Positions 24,799-34,316 of a stretch of DNA of 37,865 bases are shown here, in pieces (positions within the stretch are counted from its first letter, which is position 1; each line of letters begins with the position of its first letter). Made by a program: the position numbers and the translations under genes. The notes below the pieces were generated by a model, which saw only the letters and a list, made by a program, of their open reading frames with translations, was not told where the DNA came from and made no database searches. Source of the stretch: Desulfobacterium sp. (GTDB taxonomy: Bacteria; Desulfobacterota; Desulfobacteria; Desulfobacterales; SURF-7); NCBI GenBank assembly GCA_013824585.1, contig PNOB01000002.1:1-37865 (forward strand). Direction: 5' to 3'.

Positions 24799-27700
24799 AT
24801 GTCAGGCTTGTCATCCGTACTCAATACGGCAAAGCTTGCATTGAACGCACAGCAGCTTGGCCTGGCTGTTGCCGGCCATAATATTGCCAATGTCAATACT
24901 ACTGCTTACAGCCGTCAGAATATTGAATTTTCAGCTACCGATCCGGTGAAATTTGGTGGACAGCTTCTGGGCAGCGGTGTTCAAATTGAAACCATTCAGA
25001 GAATAAACAACAGATTCATTGAAGAGCGTCTCATTAATTTGAAATCAGACCTGGCTGCAAATGAAGAAAGCGCTGCCTATATTCAAATCCTGGAAAGCAA
25101 TTTCAGTGAAAATTCCGAAACCAGTATCAGCCATATCATCTCTGAATTCTGGAACTCATGGCACGATTTGTCAAACAACCCTATTGGAGCTTCAGAGCGT
25201 AAACTGGTTTATGAAACCGGTGTACTGGCAGCGGATCGGATTAACACGTTACATGAAGATCTGACACAAATGGAAATCGATTTAAGCCGAGAAGTATCAA
25301 GCGCTCTTCCGGAAATAAACCGGTTATCCGCTGATCTTGCAGCGCTGAATTCCGATATTGTCGAAAGTGAAGCAGTCGATACGGCAAACGACTTGAGGGA
25401 CCGGAGAAATTCCCTGGTAACCGATTTGTCCAAACTCATCGGGATCAAAACATTTGAACAACCCAATGGATCACTGGTTATTACAACCGGGACCGGGTAT
25501 ACACTCGTAAATGGTATTGATTCCTTTGATCTGACATCATCAGAGGGTGAAATACAATATGAGACTCCCTATGGAGGAACCATTGCCATCACCGATCAAA
25601 TTACCGGAGGGTCCATCGGAGGCTGGCTTACGATACAAAAGGAAGTGATTCCGAAATTTCAAACAGAACTGGATGTCATGGCACACGAATTGATCTGGGC
25701 CGTCAACCTGCAGCACAGCCAGGGTGTCGGAGAGGAATATTTTGCAATGCCGGTTACCGGTACATATGCAACCGATGATAGCGGTCTTTTATCCACCCTG
25801 AGCTTTGGCAACAAGATTGATTATTCCAAAAACTTTGAGATGTGGATTAAGGACAGCAGCGCTTTGACACCCACTTACACCAATCTGGAGGTCGATATGG
25901 GAATATCGACAGCGTCGATCTCCAACTGGACAGGTGTAAATCCAGATCAAGACAGTGTTACCTATGACTTCACGGTTACCAGCAGCGGCACTGTAAATGC
26001 GGATGCAAACTTTGCCATTACTGACGGTCCTGGAATAGGTGTCATTCAAACAGGGACGAATGTAGGAACAGCGCTGAATGGGGCGATCGCAGCCCAGACC
26101 CTTACTATTTCCAATGCCAGCGGAAACCAGACAATCCAAATCGCTGACGGAGGTGATGCCGAGCGCTCCGCAGCCTCCATTGCCGAAGCTTTGACGAATC
26201 TTACCGGCATAAACGCAACTGCTGGAAAAAACACAGCAACCATCGATATCACCAATATCCTTCCTCCTGCTGCCACAAGTGCACATGAACACGATACTGT
26301 CCGTTTTACACTTTACACCGGAAACGATTCCGAGGTTGTTTCGTTCGAGGTTGGTGCGACTGCTGACACCACACGAAACAACTTTCTGAGTGCACTGAAC
26401 ACCTCAATACTGGCTTTAAACAGTGCGACCTCGGATCTTTCCATCGACTCCAGCCGGCTGATGTCCGATAATGTCATTATGTTTACCAGTGACAGCGGCG
26501 ATAACATCGGAATTGAAAATTTTAACGTTCTGGATCTGCCTATTGCAACACTGGATAACTTTCAGAACCTTGGGGTGAATACGGTCATTGCCGCAAGCAA
26601 TTTCACGAATCTATCCAATGGTGAAACCCTGACCTTTTCAATTACAACCGCGCAGGGCAGTGTAAACGTCAGCTATGTCATTACCGATGATACGAATCAG
26701 ACAACCCTTGCCGCTGATTTACAGGCTGCGCTTGCCGGGGCAGGTCTTGGCGCAATCGGGGTAGCGAGTCTTCAGGTTGGCGCCACCGTTCAGATCACCG
26801 GAAATGCCTCTGCCGGGTTTGTCGACTTTCAAGCCATTTCCACAGGATCGGGAACAGACGAATCATTCGACATCACCCCGGCAGCAGGCACAAGCAGATA
26901 TCCATCTCTGGGCGACAACACCCTCCTGTTTAATGGAACCGGTGATCGGTCACAATATGCAGGAAATAATGCTGTAAACATGACCATCAACGGTACAGAC
27001 AACATCACGATCGATCTCAGGCGGGTGGATACCACCAGTCAAAGTGAAGTGGCTAAGGCTTTTTATCGGGGTCTGGATACTCATGTGACCAATGCGGTTG
27101 TTACAAATACGGGAACGGCAGTAACCATAAGGTCTCTTGCCGAATCTGCTTCTGACTTTGCTTTTACTGCCGGAACGGAAACATCCGGAGTGAATGGATC
27201 TTTTGATATCTCAGTACCCAATGCACTGCCGCTTGCCGCAGACACCTTTACACTTGATGGTGCGGATACAGCTACATTTACAAGTGTTACGGAAACCGAT
27301 ACCATTATTTTTGATGGAGCGGTATTAACCGAGAGTGGTGGTGTTGGAGTGGACAGCGCTGTAAAAACCGGATTGGTGACCATCAATCTGGAGGATGGCT
27401 ACTCCATTCGATCCAGCGTAGCAGGTGCGGCCGGTGGATTGTTCAATATGGCAGCCGGAATTGATATAACCACTTCCGATGCGATTATAACTCTCGGAGG
27501 AGATGGAGGTTTTGAAAACTTCAATTCGGGCGATCTGATTGCCTTTCGTCTGGATGGAAATTATGTCAGTTTTCTTGTCGGAGCAACCTCGGATACGGAT
27601 ACGGAATTTGCCACCATTCTGGAAGGAGGGTTGATTGCAGCCGGATTGCCGGCCAGTATTTATTCCATCGTACGAACAGGATCAAGCGTAAGCATTTTAA

Positions 27701-29298
27701 AATCGGATGGTACTCCTATTGAAATCACGGAGTTCAATGATGATCGAAGCGGAGGCGGTTCCTTTGCCCATCTTGCTGTTTCTTCGGGTCAGGTCCTCAG
27801 CAGTGAGAATCGGTCTGCAACATCGAGCATGATCGGCCCCGGAGGCGTAATCACATGGCAAAAATTTGATTCTACCGGTTCCTACACCGGAACCAATGGT
27901 ACGATTGAAATTGGTGATGCAGGAACCTATCTGGTTGAAGGCGCCATAACTTTTGACATTGCAGCCGGAACACTTGTTGCTGGCAATACATTTTCATTGA
28001 ACACCGATACAGATGGAACCCCTGAACCTTTGCAGCTCCGATTATCCGGACAGGCAAACAGCATCCTGGATACCTACAAATTCGAAGTCGTGGAAAATGG
28101 TGCCGGTCAAATCGGTTCAGACGATGTGGAAATACAATGGTCAAACAGTGTTACATACGGATCGTTTATACTTGAAGGAAGTACTCCGGCCTTTACACCG
28201 GTAATCGCTAAAGTTGACGGAATGACCATAAAATTTGACGCAGGTACCCTGTTTGATGGAGATACCTTTACCATTGCTACGGATAGAAACGGGGCTCCAA
28301 CAGCGGAATTGCCCTTAAACTACCACTGGACAATCGATTCTTTTGCCGATCAGTTCAATCGTCAGGCCACGGGTATTGAAGCAACCGTAACCGAAACCCA
28401 TAAACTCATATTTGCCCAGGAATCAGATGGATTTCAATTGGAGAATTTCAGGTACACGGGTTCCGATGGGTTCAGTCCGGAGAACCTTTCCGTAACCGTA
28501 AACAACTATGACGTTCTAAATGAGGGCTGGACAGGGATGGAAATCATACGGGATGACCAGACCTATTTTTCCTCCAACGGATGGGGATTATCAAATCTAA
28601 ACAATCCGGGATATACGGTTTCTTTGGTCCCGATTGACGGATTTGACATGGATAATGGATTTTTTGTCAACCTGGATGGTGTTCGAGCCCTTACCGTAAC
28701 CTTTGACCTGCCGATATCGGACAACGGTTCTTTCACATTCGATATTGCTGAGGCAGATGGGGAATACAGCTTTGCCTTTTCCGACAGCGATGCGGAGGAT
28801 TCCGGGTTGATGGCTGCACTGGGTATCAACACCTTTTTTACAGGCGACGATGCCATGACCATCCAGGCAAATGATCTGGTTTCCAATGCCCGATATCTTG
28901 CAGCATCTGTAATTGATCCTGAAAACGGTACGATTCACATCGGTAATAATGAAAATGCGCTCGCCATTGCGGATCTTCAATATGCCTCTACCGATATGGT
29001 AAACTGGGAATTTCAACTTGGCGAAGACGCAACTTCTCAGGTTCTGACAACAACTATTGAAGATTTCTATCATGTCATGGTGGGTTCTCTGGGTTTAAAG
29101 ACACAGAGCATTGAGCGATCACTCGCTTACAGCGAGACAATGGTCAGTAAAATAGGGGAACTTAGGGATGCCATTTCCGCTGTTTCCCTGGATGAAGAGA
29201 TGATCAAAATGATTCAATTTCAACATGCCTATTCCGTTGCAGCAAAACTGTTTTCCATTACCGACGAGATGATGAACTCATTGATCAATTCTTATTAA
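24799..29298 (+). CDS. flgK: Giant flagellar hook-associated protein 1 (FlgK)
   Basis: 1499 aa. N-terminus MSGLSSVLNTAKLALNAQQLGLAVAGHNIANVNTTAYSRQ; C-terminus SLDEEMIKMIQFQHAYSVAAKLFSITDEMMNSLI. About 1000 aa of Thr/Ser/Gly/Asn/Asp-rich, Cys-free sequence lies between the conserved ends. Confidence 0.9.
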   Translation: MSGLSSVLNTAKLALNAQQLGLAVAGHNIANVNTTAYSRQNIEFSATDPVKFGGQLLGSGVQIETIQRINNRFIEERLINLKSDLAANEESAAYIQILESNFSENSETSISHIISEFWNSWHDLSNNPIGASERKLVYETGVLAADRINTLHEDLTQMEIDLSREVSSALPEINRLSADLAALNSDIVESEAVDTANDLRDRRNSLVTDLSKLIGIKTFEQPNGSLVITTGTGYTLVNGIDSFDLTSSEGEIQYETPYGGTIAITDQITGGSIGGWLTIQKEVIPKFQTELDVMAHELIWAVNLQHSQGVGEEYFAMPVTGTYATDDSGLLSTLSFGNKIDYSKNFEMWIKDSSALTPTYTNLEVDMGISTASISNWTGVNPDQDSVTYDFTVTSSGTVNADANFAITDGPGIGVIQTGTNVGTALNGAIAAQTLTISNASGNQTIQIADGGDAERSAASIAEALTNLTGINATAGKNTATIDITNILPPAATSAHEHDTVRFTLYTGNDSEVVSFEVGATADTTRNNFLSALNTSILALNSATSDLSIDSSRLMSDNVIMFTSDSGDNIGIENFNVLDLPIATLDNFQNLGVNTVIAASNFTNLSNGETLTFSITTAQGSVNVSYVITDDTNQTTLAADLQAALAGAGLGAIGVASLQVGATVQITGNASAGFVDFQAISTGSGTDESFDITPAAGTSRYPSLGDNTLLFNGTGDRSQYAGNNAVNMTINGTDNITIDLRRVDTTSQSEVAKAFYRGLDTHVTNAVVTNTGTAVTIRSLAESASDFAFTAGTETSGVNGSFDISVPNALPLAADTFTLDGADTATFTSVTETDTIIFDGAVLTESGGVGVDSAVKTGLVTINLEDGYSIRSSVAGAAGGLFNMAAGIDITTSDAIITLGGDGGFENFNSGDLIAFRLDGNYVSFLVGATSDTDTEFATILEGGLIAAGLPASIYSIVRTGSSVSILKSDGTPIEITEFNDDRSGGGSFAHLAVSSGQVLSSENRSATSSMIGPGGVITWQKFDSTGSYTGTNGTIEIGDAGTYLVEGAITFDIAAGTLVAGNTFSLNTDTDGTPEPLQLRLSGQANSILDTYKFEVVENGAGQIGSDDVEIQWSNSVTYGSFILEGSTPAFTPVIAKVDGMTIKFDAGTLFDGDTFTIATDRNGAPTAELPLNYHWTIDSFADQFNRQATGIEATVTETHKLIFAQESDGFQLENFRYTGSDGFSPENLSVTVNNYDVLNEGWTGMEIIRDDQTYFSSNGWGLSNLNNPGYTVSLVPIDGFDMDNGFFVNLDGVRALTVTFDLPISDNGSFTFDIAEADGEYSFAFSDSDAEDSGLMAALGINTFFTGDDAMTIQANDLVSNARYLAASVIDPENGTIHIGNNENALAIADLQYASTDMVNWEFQLGEDATSQVLTTTIEDFYHVMVGSLGLKTQSIERSLAYSETMVSKIGELRDAISAVSLDEEMIKMIQFQHAYSVAAKLFSITDEMMNSLINSY

Positions 29299-29351
29299 GT
29301 AGACACTTCCAAAACGATTTGGGGTCGTCAAAAAGAAAGGTCATCAGCAAT

Positions 29352-32300
29352 ATGAGGGTACCCAATATTACACTATACAATACCATGAAGCTTCGATTGG
29401 GAGATCTGACGGAGCAACTGAAAATTATCAATGAAGTCGTCACGACCGGCAAACAGATCAACAGGCTTTCGGATGACCCCATTGGTCTTGCCCAGGTTCT
29501 TGATCTTAAATCTTCCCTAAGCAACATCGGTCAACTGGAAAAAAATATCGATGTAGGTAAAACCTGGCTTACAGGCGGAGAATCGGCACTTTCAAGCGTG
29601 AATGAACAGATCCTCTATGTGAAAAAAATGGGGCTGCAACTGGTCAATGCATCCGCCAACACCGCACAGAGAAAGGATGCTGTGGAAATTGTAGACGGCG
29701 TTCTGCGCCAATTGGTGACCCTTGCGAACACCAAGGTGAACGGAAGCTCTATATTCTCCGGTATTGAAACCGATATATCTCCGTTTTATTTTGACGATGA
29801 AGACAATCCCACAAAAGTTCTTTATCAGGGAAATGAAATTCCATTTGAAATCAAATCGGATTCCACTGCCAATCTCGCGGTCGGAAGAAATGGTGCGGCT
29901 GTTTTCTGGGAGGATTATCTGAATGTTAATGAAACCAACAACCGAATCGACTTTATTGAAAAAGACCGCTATGGCCAAAACAATTATAAAATCGGTATGG
30001 TTGACGCCGGAGGAACCCTGTCCGCCTCAGACATCAGTATTACAGTGAATCGACCTGATTCATTACAGTTTGCTACCCCATTTCCGGAAGGAACAAAGCC
30101 TTTGCAGTTTAGGTGGAATGGAAACGGAAGCTGGGACGTAATCAACAACACAGATTACGACCTGCCGGCAACCATCCCCGGGTCCAGCAGCAGTCTGGAA
30201 CTGGATCTGAACGATGACGGAATTACGGATGTCACGGTCAGTCTGGCAACTCCGGCTTCGACGTCCGGAGATTATGTGGAGTTTGATATCGTACCTGATG
30301 AAAGAATACTCACAGCCATTATTCCGGATGGAAAGTACACCCCCGAAGGACTTGCGGATATTGCCGAAAGCGCCATGAGCCAGGCATCTTCTGAATACGG
30401 GTTTGATGTCACCTACAGAATAAATTATGATTCATCAACCAGACAATACACCATTCAGGAAGATGGCGCAGCTTCCGGATACTATGGGTTGGAGCTGTTA
30501 TGGGAACCTCAAAACGCACAGGGTATTCCTAAAGTCAGAGGCATCAACAGCGGTAAGGGTATCGCCCTCGGAGATGTGAATATCACGGTATTGAACAGTG
30601 ATGCCCTGCTTCATTCAACACCCTATCCTCCCGGAACCGAACCGCTAAGACTGACCTGGAATGGAAACAATGCCTGGTCGGTTTCCGGTGACCCGGGCTA
30701 TTCACTTCCGGCCAGCTTATCCGGTACAGCAGACAGGATCGAATTTGACATGGCCGGTAATTCTGAAACCGATATCTCTATCCAACTGGCCAACCCTGCG
30801 CCAGCAGCGGGTGCTTACATTGAATTTGACATTATCGCAGATATCGGGAAAAACAGTATTGGTCCGGATATGGGGTTTACATCCATTCAGAGCTACTCGC
30901 CGATAACCAGTGATACGGCTTTCAATTCCATCAACAACATCACGATCGACCATACCAACAACCGGATCAATTTTCAGGAGGTGGATCTCTATCTTGGTGC
31001 AGGTTCCGAACTCAGAGCCACCATTCCGGACGGTGATTACTCCGACCCGGATGCCCTTGCCACTGCCATTGAAACCGCTATGGAAACGGAGTCTTCCGAC
31101 TATGGATACAATTTCGATTATACTGTTTCCTATGACGCGGAAACCAGCCGATTTATTTTCAAGTCCGATGAATCCCGTCTGGAAGAACTCCGGCTCCTCT
31201 GGAACAGCGGTGTCAATTCAGACATCAGCGCTGCATCGATTCTTGGATTTGACAATACGGACGATATTTCCGGCAGCGTTGGCGGCAATCTGACTGCAAA
31301 CGGCTGGAATACAGGAGATACCATCAGCATCACATTTGCCAGCGGAGAAGATACATCAACCTTTACCCGAACCATACTGGCCGGGGATACAACCACCAGC
31401 CTGCTGACCCTCATTGAAGCGCAGCTCACAACCGATCTCGGTACAAACGGCAGCTTTGCGGTAAATGGAAATAATATCAACTTTACGATGAACAACAGCA
31501 GTCTGAGCATTACCTCCATCACCGATGACAATGGATCAGGCTCCGGGAACAGCGCAACCGTAGCGGTGTCCGGAAACACCGGAACCACACTGCGGCCTTC
31601 CGGAACCACTTCTCTTACGGTTGGAGACACGGTACGATTTTTTGCTCCCCATGATGATATTATCACGTTTCCAATGAGTGATGTTTACCTGCGGCCCATC
31701 ACAATCAACAATTCCAATAACACAATCGATTTTATGGAGGACACGGGTGCAGGAACCATTGGCCCTCTCGCGGCAATTATTCCATCCGGAAACTACACGG
31801 AATATGAACTCGCCGCAGCAATTGAAACCGCCATGGAAACAGTTTCCGCAGCCCTGGGCAATACCATCAACTATGATGTGTCCTACAATGGATCAAGATA
31901 TACCATTCAGGAAGACACGGGAGCACCTGCATTGAATGAACTTTACCTGCTCTGGAATACCGGTCCGAATTCATCCACAAGTGCTGCAGGCACCCTGGGA
32001 TATGACAACTCCGGCAATACAACCGGCAGTTTCGGCGGAGACCTGATGACCCTGAACTGGGATGCCGGGGATACCATTGGAATTTCATTCTCAACCACAG
32101 GCAGCTCATTGAACTACTCTCATCTGGTTGCTGCAGGAGATACGACAACATCCATTCTGACCGATCTCCGGGAACAATTGGCCAGCACATTTGGCTCAGA
32201 AGGCACCTTTACCCTGAACGGAAGCAACATAGAGTTCACCATGCAGAATGAAACCCTTCAAATAAGCGGGATGACGGATAACAACGGCTCCGGAAGCGGC

Positions 32301-33530
32301 AACAATGCCCAAATGGCCGTTTCCGGAAGCGGCGGAAGCACAATCATGCCCACACCAGGTGCAACCATAACCATTGGTGATACCGCCATCTTCTATGCAC
32401 AGGATGATGATGTAACTCCGCTGACAACCTCCTTTTCCAGCGATAATGATGTTGTGCTCTTCACCATGGATAACACAAACAATACCATTGATTTCGAAGA
32501 ATTCAATTCATCCGGCATCTCCATGGGTCAGCTTCATGCCACCATTGCAAACGGAAATTATACCAGCATTTCGTCCTTTGCTACGGCTGTGGAGACCGCC
32601 CTCGAAACCGCGTCTTCCGCATCCGGTCATGGAATTGATTACCGTGTGAGTTTTGACATCGTAGACAGGCGCTTTCTCTTTCAGGAAAATGGAACAGAGC
32701 TGAATGAGCTGTCCCTGCTGTGGAACAGCGGAGACAATGCAAGAACAAGCGCAGCTGCTGTTATGGGGTTTGATACAACTGCTGATGACCAGATGGTTTT
32801 TCCCGGAAGCGACAGCGAGGTTGTCCGGATCACCATCGATGAAACAAACAACCATATCGATTTCAAGGAGCTGATCGACGGCCATGAAGCAGAGGATGCC
32901 GAAGAGCTGAACGCAATCATTGAAAGCGGCGACTATACAAGCACCGCTGCCCTGGCTTCGGCCATTGAGACGGCTATGGAAAGCGAATCCGCGGCTTCCG
33001 GACACGGAATCGATTATGATGTGACCTATGATTCAGCCACGAAACGGTTTACAATCAAGGAAAGCAATGCTACCCTGGATGAACTTCAGATTCTCTGGAA
33101 TTCCGGAACCAATACATCCATTAACGCGGCAGAAACCTTTGGTTTCACATCAGATGATGATATGGCAAGACCCATCAAAAGCGCACAGGAGGCTGAATGG
33201 GGAATTTTCAAAACCCTGATCGATCTGAAAAACTATTTACTTGCAGATGATGTGGATGGTATTACACGATCCATATCCCGTCTGGATACCGATTATGAGT
33301 ATATAAAATCAACCATCACTGACACGGGAATCAAATTCAACCGGCTTACGATAAAAGAAAACATCATGGACGATATCGATCTCAGCCTTACGGAAAGACG
33401 GACCAATCTGGAAGAAGCCGATATTGTTGAGGCCATAATGAAACTGAAGTCCCAGCAGTTTGCTTATCAGGCAGCGCTTCAATCCACTGCCCAGATACTG
33501 CAGCTCAGTCTCATGGATTACCTGAAATAA
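29352..33530 (+). CDS. flgL: Giant flagellar hook-associated protein 3 (FlgL) with modular internal repeats
   Basis: About 1392 aa from ATG 29352 (MRVPNITLYNTMKLRLGDLTEQL...GKQINRLSDDPIG); the track ORF starts at TTG 29319. C-terminus EEADIVEAIMKLKSQQFAYQAALQSTAQILQLSLMDYL is flagellin-like. The interior holds 5 + 2 + 2 copies of three module types. Confidence 0.88.
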   Translation: MRVPNITLYNTMKLRLGDLTEQLKIINEVVTTGKQINRLSDDPIGLAQVLDLKSSLSNIGQLEKNIDVGKTWLTGGESALSSVNEQILYVKKMGLQLVNASANTAQRKDAVEIVDGVLRQLVTLANTKVNGSSIFSGIETDISPFYFDDEDNPTKVLYQGNEIPFEIKSDSTANLAVGRNGAAVFWEDYLNVNETNNRIDFIEKDRYGQNNYKIGMVDAGGTLSASDISITVNRPDSLQFATPFPEGTKPLQFRWNGNGSWDVINNTDYDLPATIPGSSSSLELDLNDDGITDVTVSLATPASTSGDYVEFDIVPDERILTAIIPDGKYTPEGLADIAESAMSQASSEYGFDVTYRINYDSSTRQYTIQEDGAASGYYGLELLWEPQNAQGIPKVRGINSGKGIALGDVNITVLNSDALLHSTPYPPGTEPLRLTWNGNNAWSVSGDPGYSLPASLSGTADRIEFDMAGNSETDISIQLANPAPAAGAYIEFDIIADIGKNSIGPDMGFTSIQSYSPITSDTAFNSINNITIDHTNNRINFQEVDLYLGAGSELRATIPDGDYSDPDALATAIETAMETESSDYGYNFDYTVSYDAETSRFIFKSDESRLEELRLLWNSGVNSDISAASILGFDNTDDISGSVGGNLTANGWNTGDTISITFASGEDTSTFTRTILAGDTTTSLLTLIEAQLTTDLGTNGSFAVNGNNINFTMNNSSLSITSITDDNGSGSGNSATVAVSGNTGTTLRPSGTTSLTVGDTVRFFAPHDDIITFPMSDVYLRPITINNSNNTIDFMEDTGAGTIGPLAAIIPSGNYTEYELAAAIETAMETVSAALGNTINYDVSYNGSRYTIQEDTGAPALNELYLLWNTGPNSSTSAAGTLGYDNSGNTTGSFGGDLMTLNWDAGDTIGISFSTTGSSLNYSHLVAAGDTTTSILTDLREQLASTFGSEGTFTLNGSNIEFTMQNETLQISGMTDNNGSGSGNNAQMAVSGSGGSTIMPTPGATITIGDTAIFYAQDDDVTPLTTSFSSDNDVVLFTMDNTNNTIDFEEFNSSGISMGQLHATIANGNYTSISSFATAVETALETASSASGHGIDYRVSFDIVDRRFLFQENGTELNELSLLWNSGDNARTSAAAVMGFDTTADDQMVFPGSDSEVVRITIDETNNHIDFKELIDGHEAEDAEELNAIIESGDYTSTAALASAIETAMESESAASGHGIDYDVTYDSATKRFTIKESNATLDELQILWNSGTNTSINAAETFGFTSDDDMARPIKSAQEAEWGIFKTLIDLKNYLLADDVDGITRSISRLDTDYEYIKSTITDTGIKFNRLTIKENIMDDIDLSLTERRTNLEEADIVEAIMKLKSQQFAYQAALQSTAQILQLSLMDYLK

Positions 33531-33566
33531 AAAGAGATCCCGGTAAAACTATGCCATGGAGGGCAA

Positions 33567-33809
33567 ATGCTTGTTTTGACAAGGAAGATCGGGGAGAGAA
33601 TCAAAATCGGTGAGGAAATCACCATCCGCATTTTGGAAGTCAGTAAAGGAACCGTTCGAATCGGAATCGAAGCTCCCCAGGATGTGAAAATCTATCGTTA
33701 TGAAATTTATGAAAAAATCCTGGAGGAAAACCTGAAAGCCTCCATGGGTGCATTTTCCGATATCGAAGAGGCAGCAAGTTTGTGGCGTCAAAAAGAAGAT
33801 AAGGAGTAG
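33567..33809 (+). CDS. csrA: Carbon storage regulator CsrA
   Basis: 80 aa: [51 protein letters not shown]. Confidence 0.95.
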   Translation: MLVLTRKIGERIKIGEEITIRILEVSKGTVRIGIEAPQDVKIYRYEIYEKILEENLKASMGAFSDIEEAASLWRQKEDKE

Positions 33810-33813
33810 ACCC

Positions 33814-34284
33814 TTGAAATTCAATACCAGAAAGTTTGGTGAAATCGATATACCGGATGATAAAATCATTGCAATGCCTCTGGGTCTTCCCGGATTTCAG
33901 GGAAAAAATCGATTTGTGCTTCTGGAGAGGAAGGAAACAAGACCGTTCTGCTGGTACCAGAGTGTGGATGATCCGAACCTGGCCCTGGTGATCATGAATC
34001 CTTTTTTATTCAATGCAGACTATTCCGTGGATATCGAACCTGCACTCAAGGAGATGGCATGGAAGGGGGACGCTCTTGAAAAAATGGCGGTCTATGTTGT
34101 TTTAACCTTTCATGATGAAGGGCCATACAGGATTACGGCCAACCTGATCGGACCGATTATCATCAATACTCTAAAATGCGAGGCTGTCCAGTTGGTTATC
34201 CATGACTCTCCATACTCTCACCAGCACCCGGTTATGGAGCATCAAAAGGTGACCTCTCATCCTGAAAATGCCGTTGGACGGTAA
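33814..34284 (+). CDS. fliW: Flagellar assembly factor FliW (CsrA antagonist)
   Basis: 156 aa from TTG 33814 (AAGGAG 7 nt upstream, just after the csrA stop). (M)KFNTRKFGEIDIPDDKIIAMPLGLPGFQGKNRFVLLE fits the FliW N-terminus. The track ATG at 33748 would overlap csrA by 62 nt. Confidence 0.85.
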   Translation: MKFNTRKFGEIDIPDDKIIAMPLGLPGFQGKNRFVLLERKETRPFCWYQSVDDPNLALVIMNPFLFNADYSVDIEPALKEMAWKGDALEKMAVYVVLTFHDEGPYRITANLIGPIIINTLKCEAVQLVIHDSPYSHQHPVMEHQKVTSHPENAVGR

Positions 34285-34316
34285 TCTGCTTTCCTGTTCC
34301 AGTCCAGCCAGCCTCT

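Noticed and set aside
25789-33005. Several 100-180-aa minus-strand ORFs inside flgK/flgL (25789..26292, 28597..29073, 31130..31666, 32508..33005)
   Set aside because: All are antisense to long, continuous, motif-bearing plus-strand frames. Repeat-rich coding DNA readily yields open antisense frames. There is no independent support for them.
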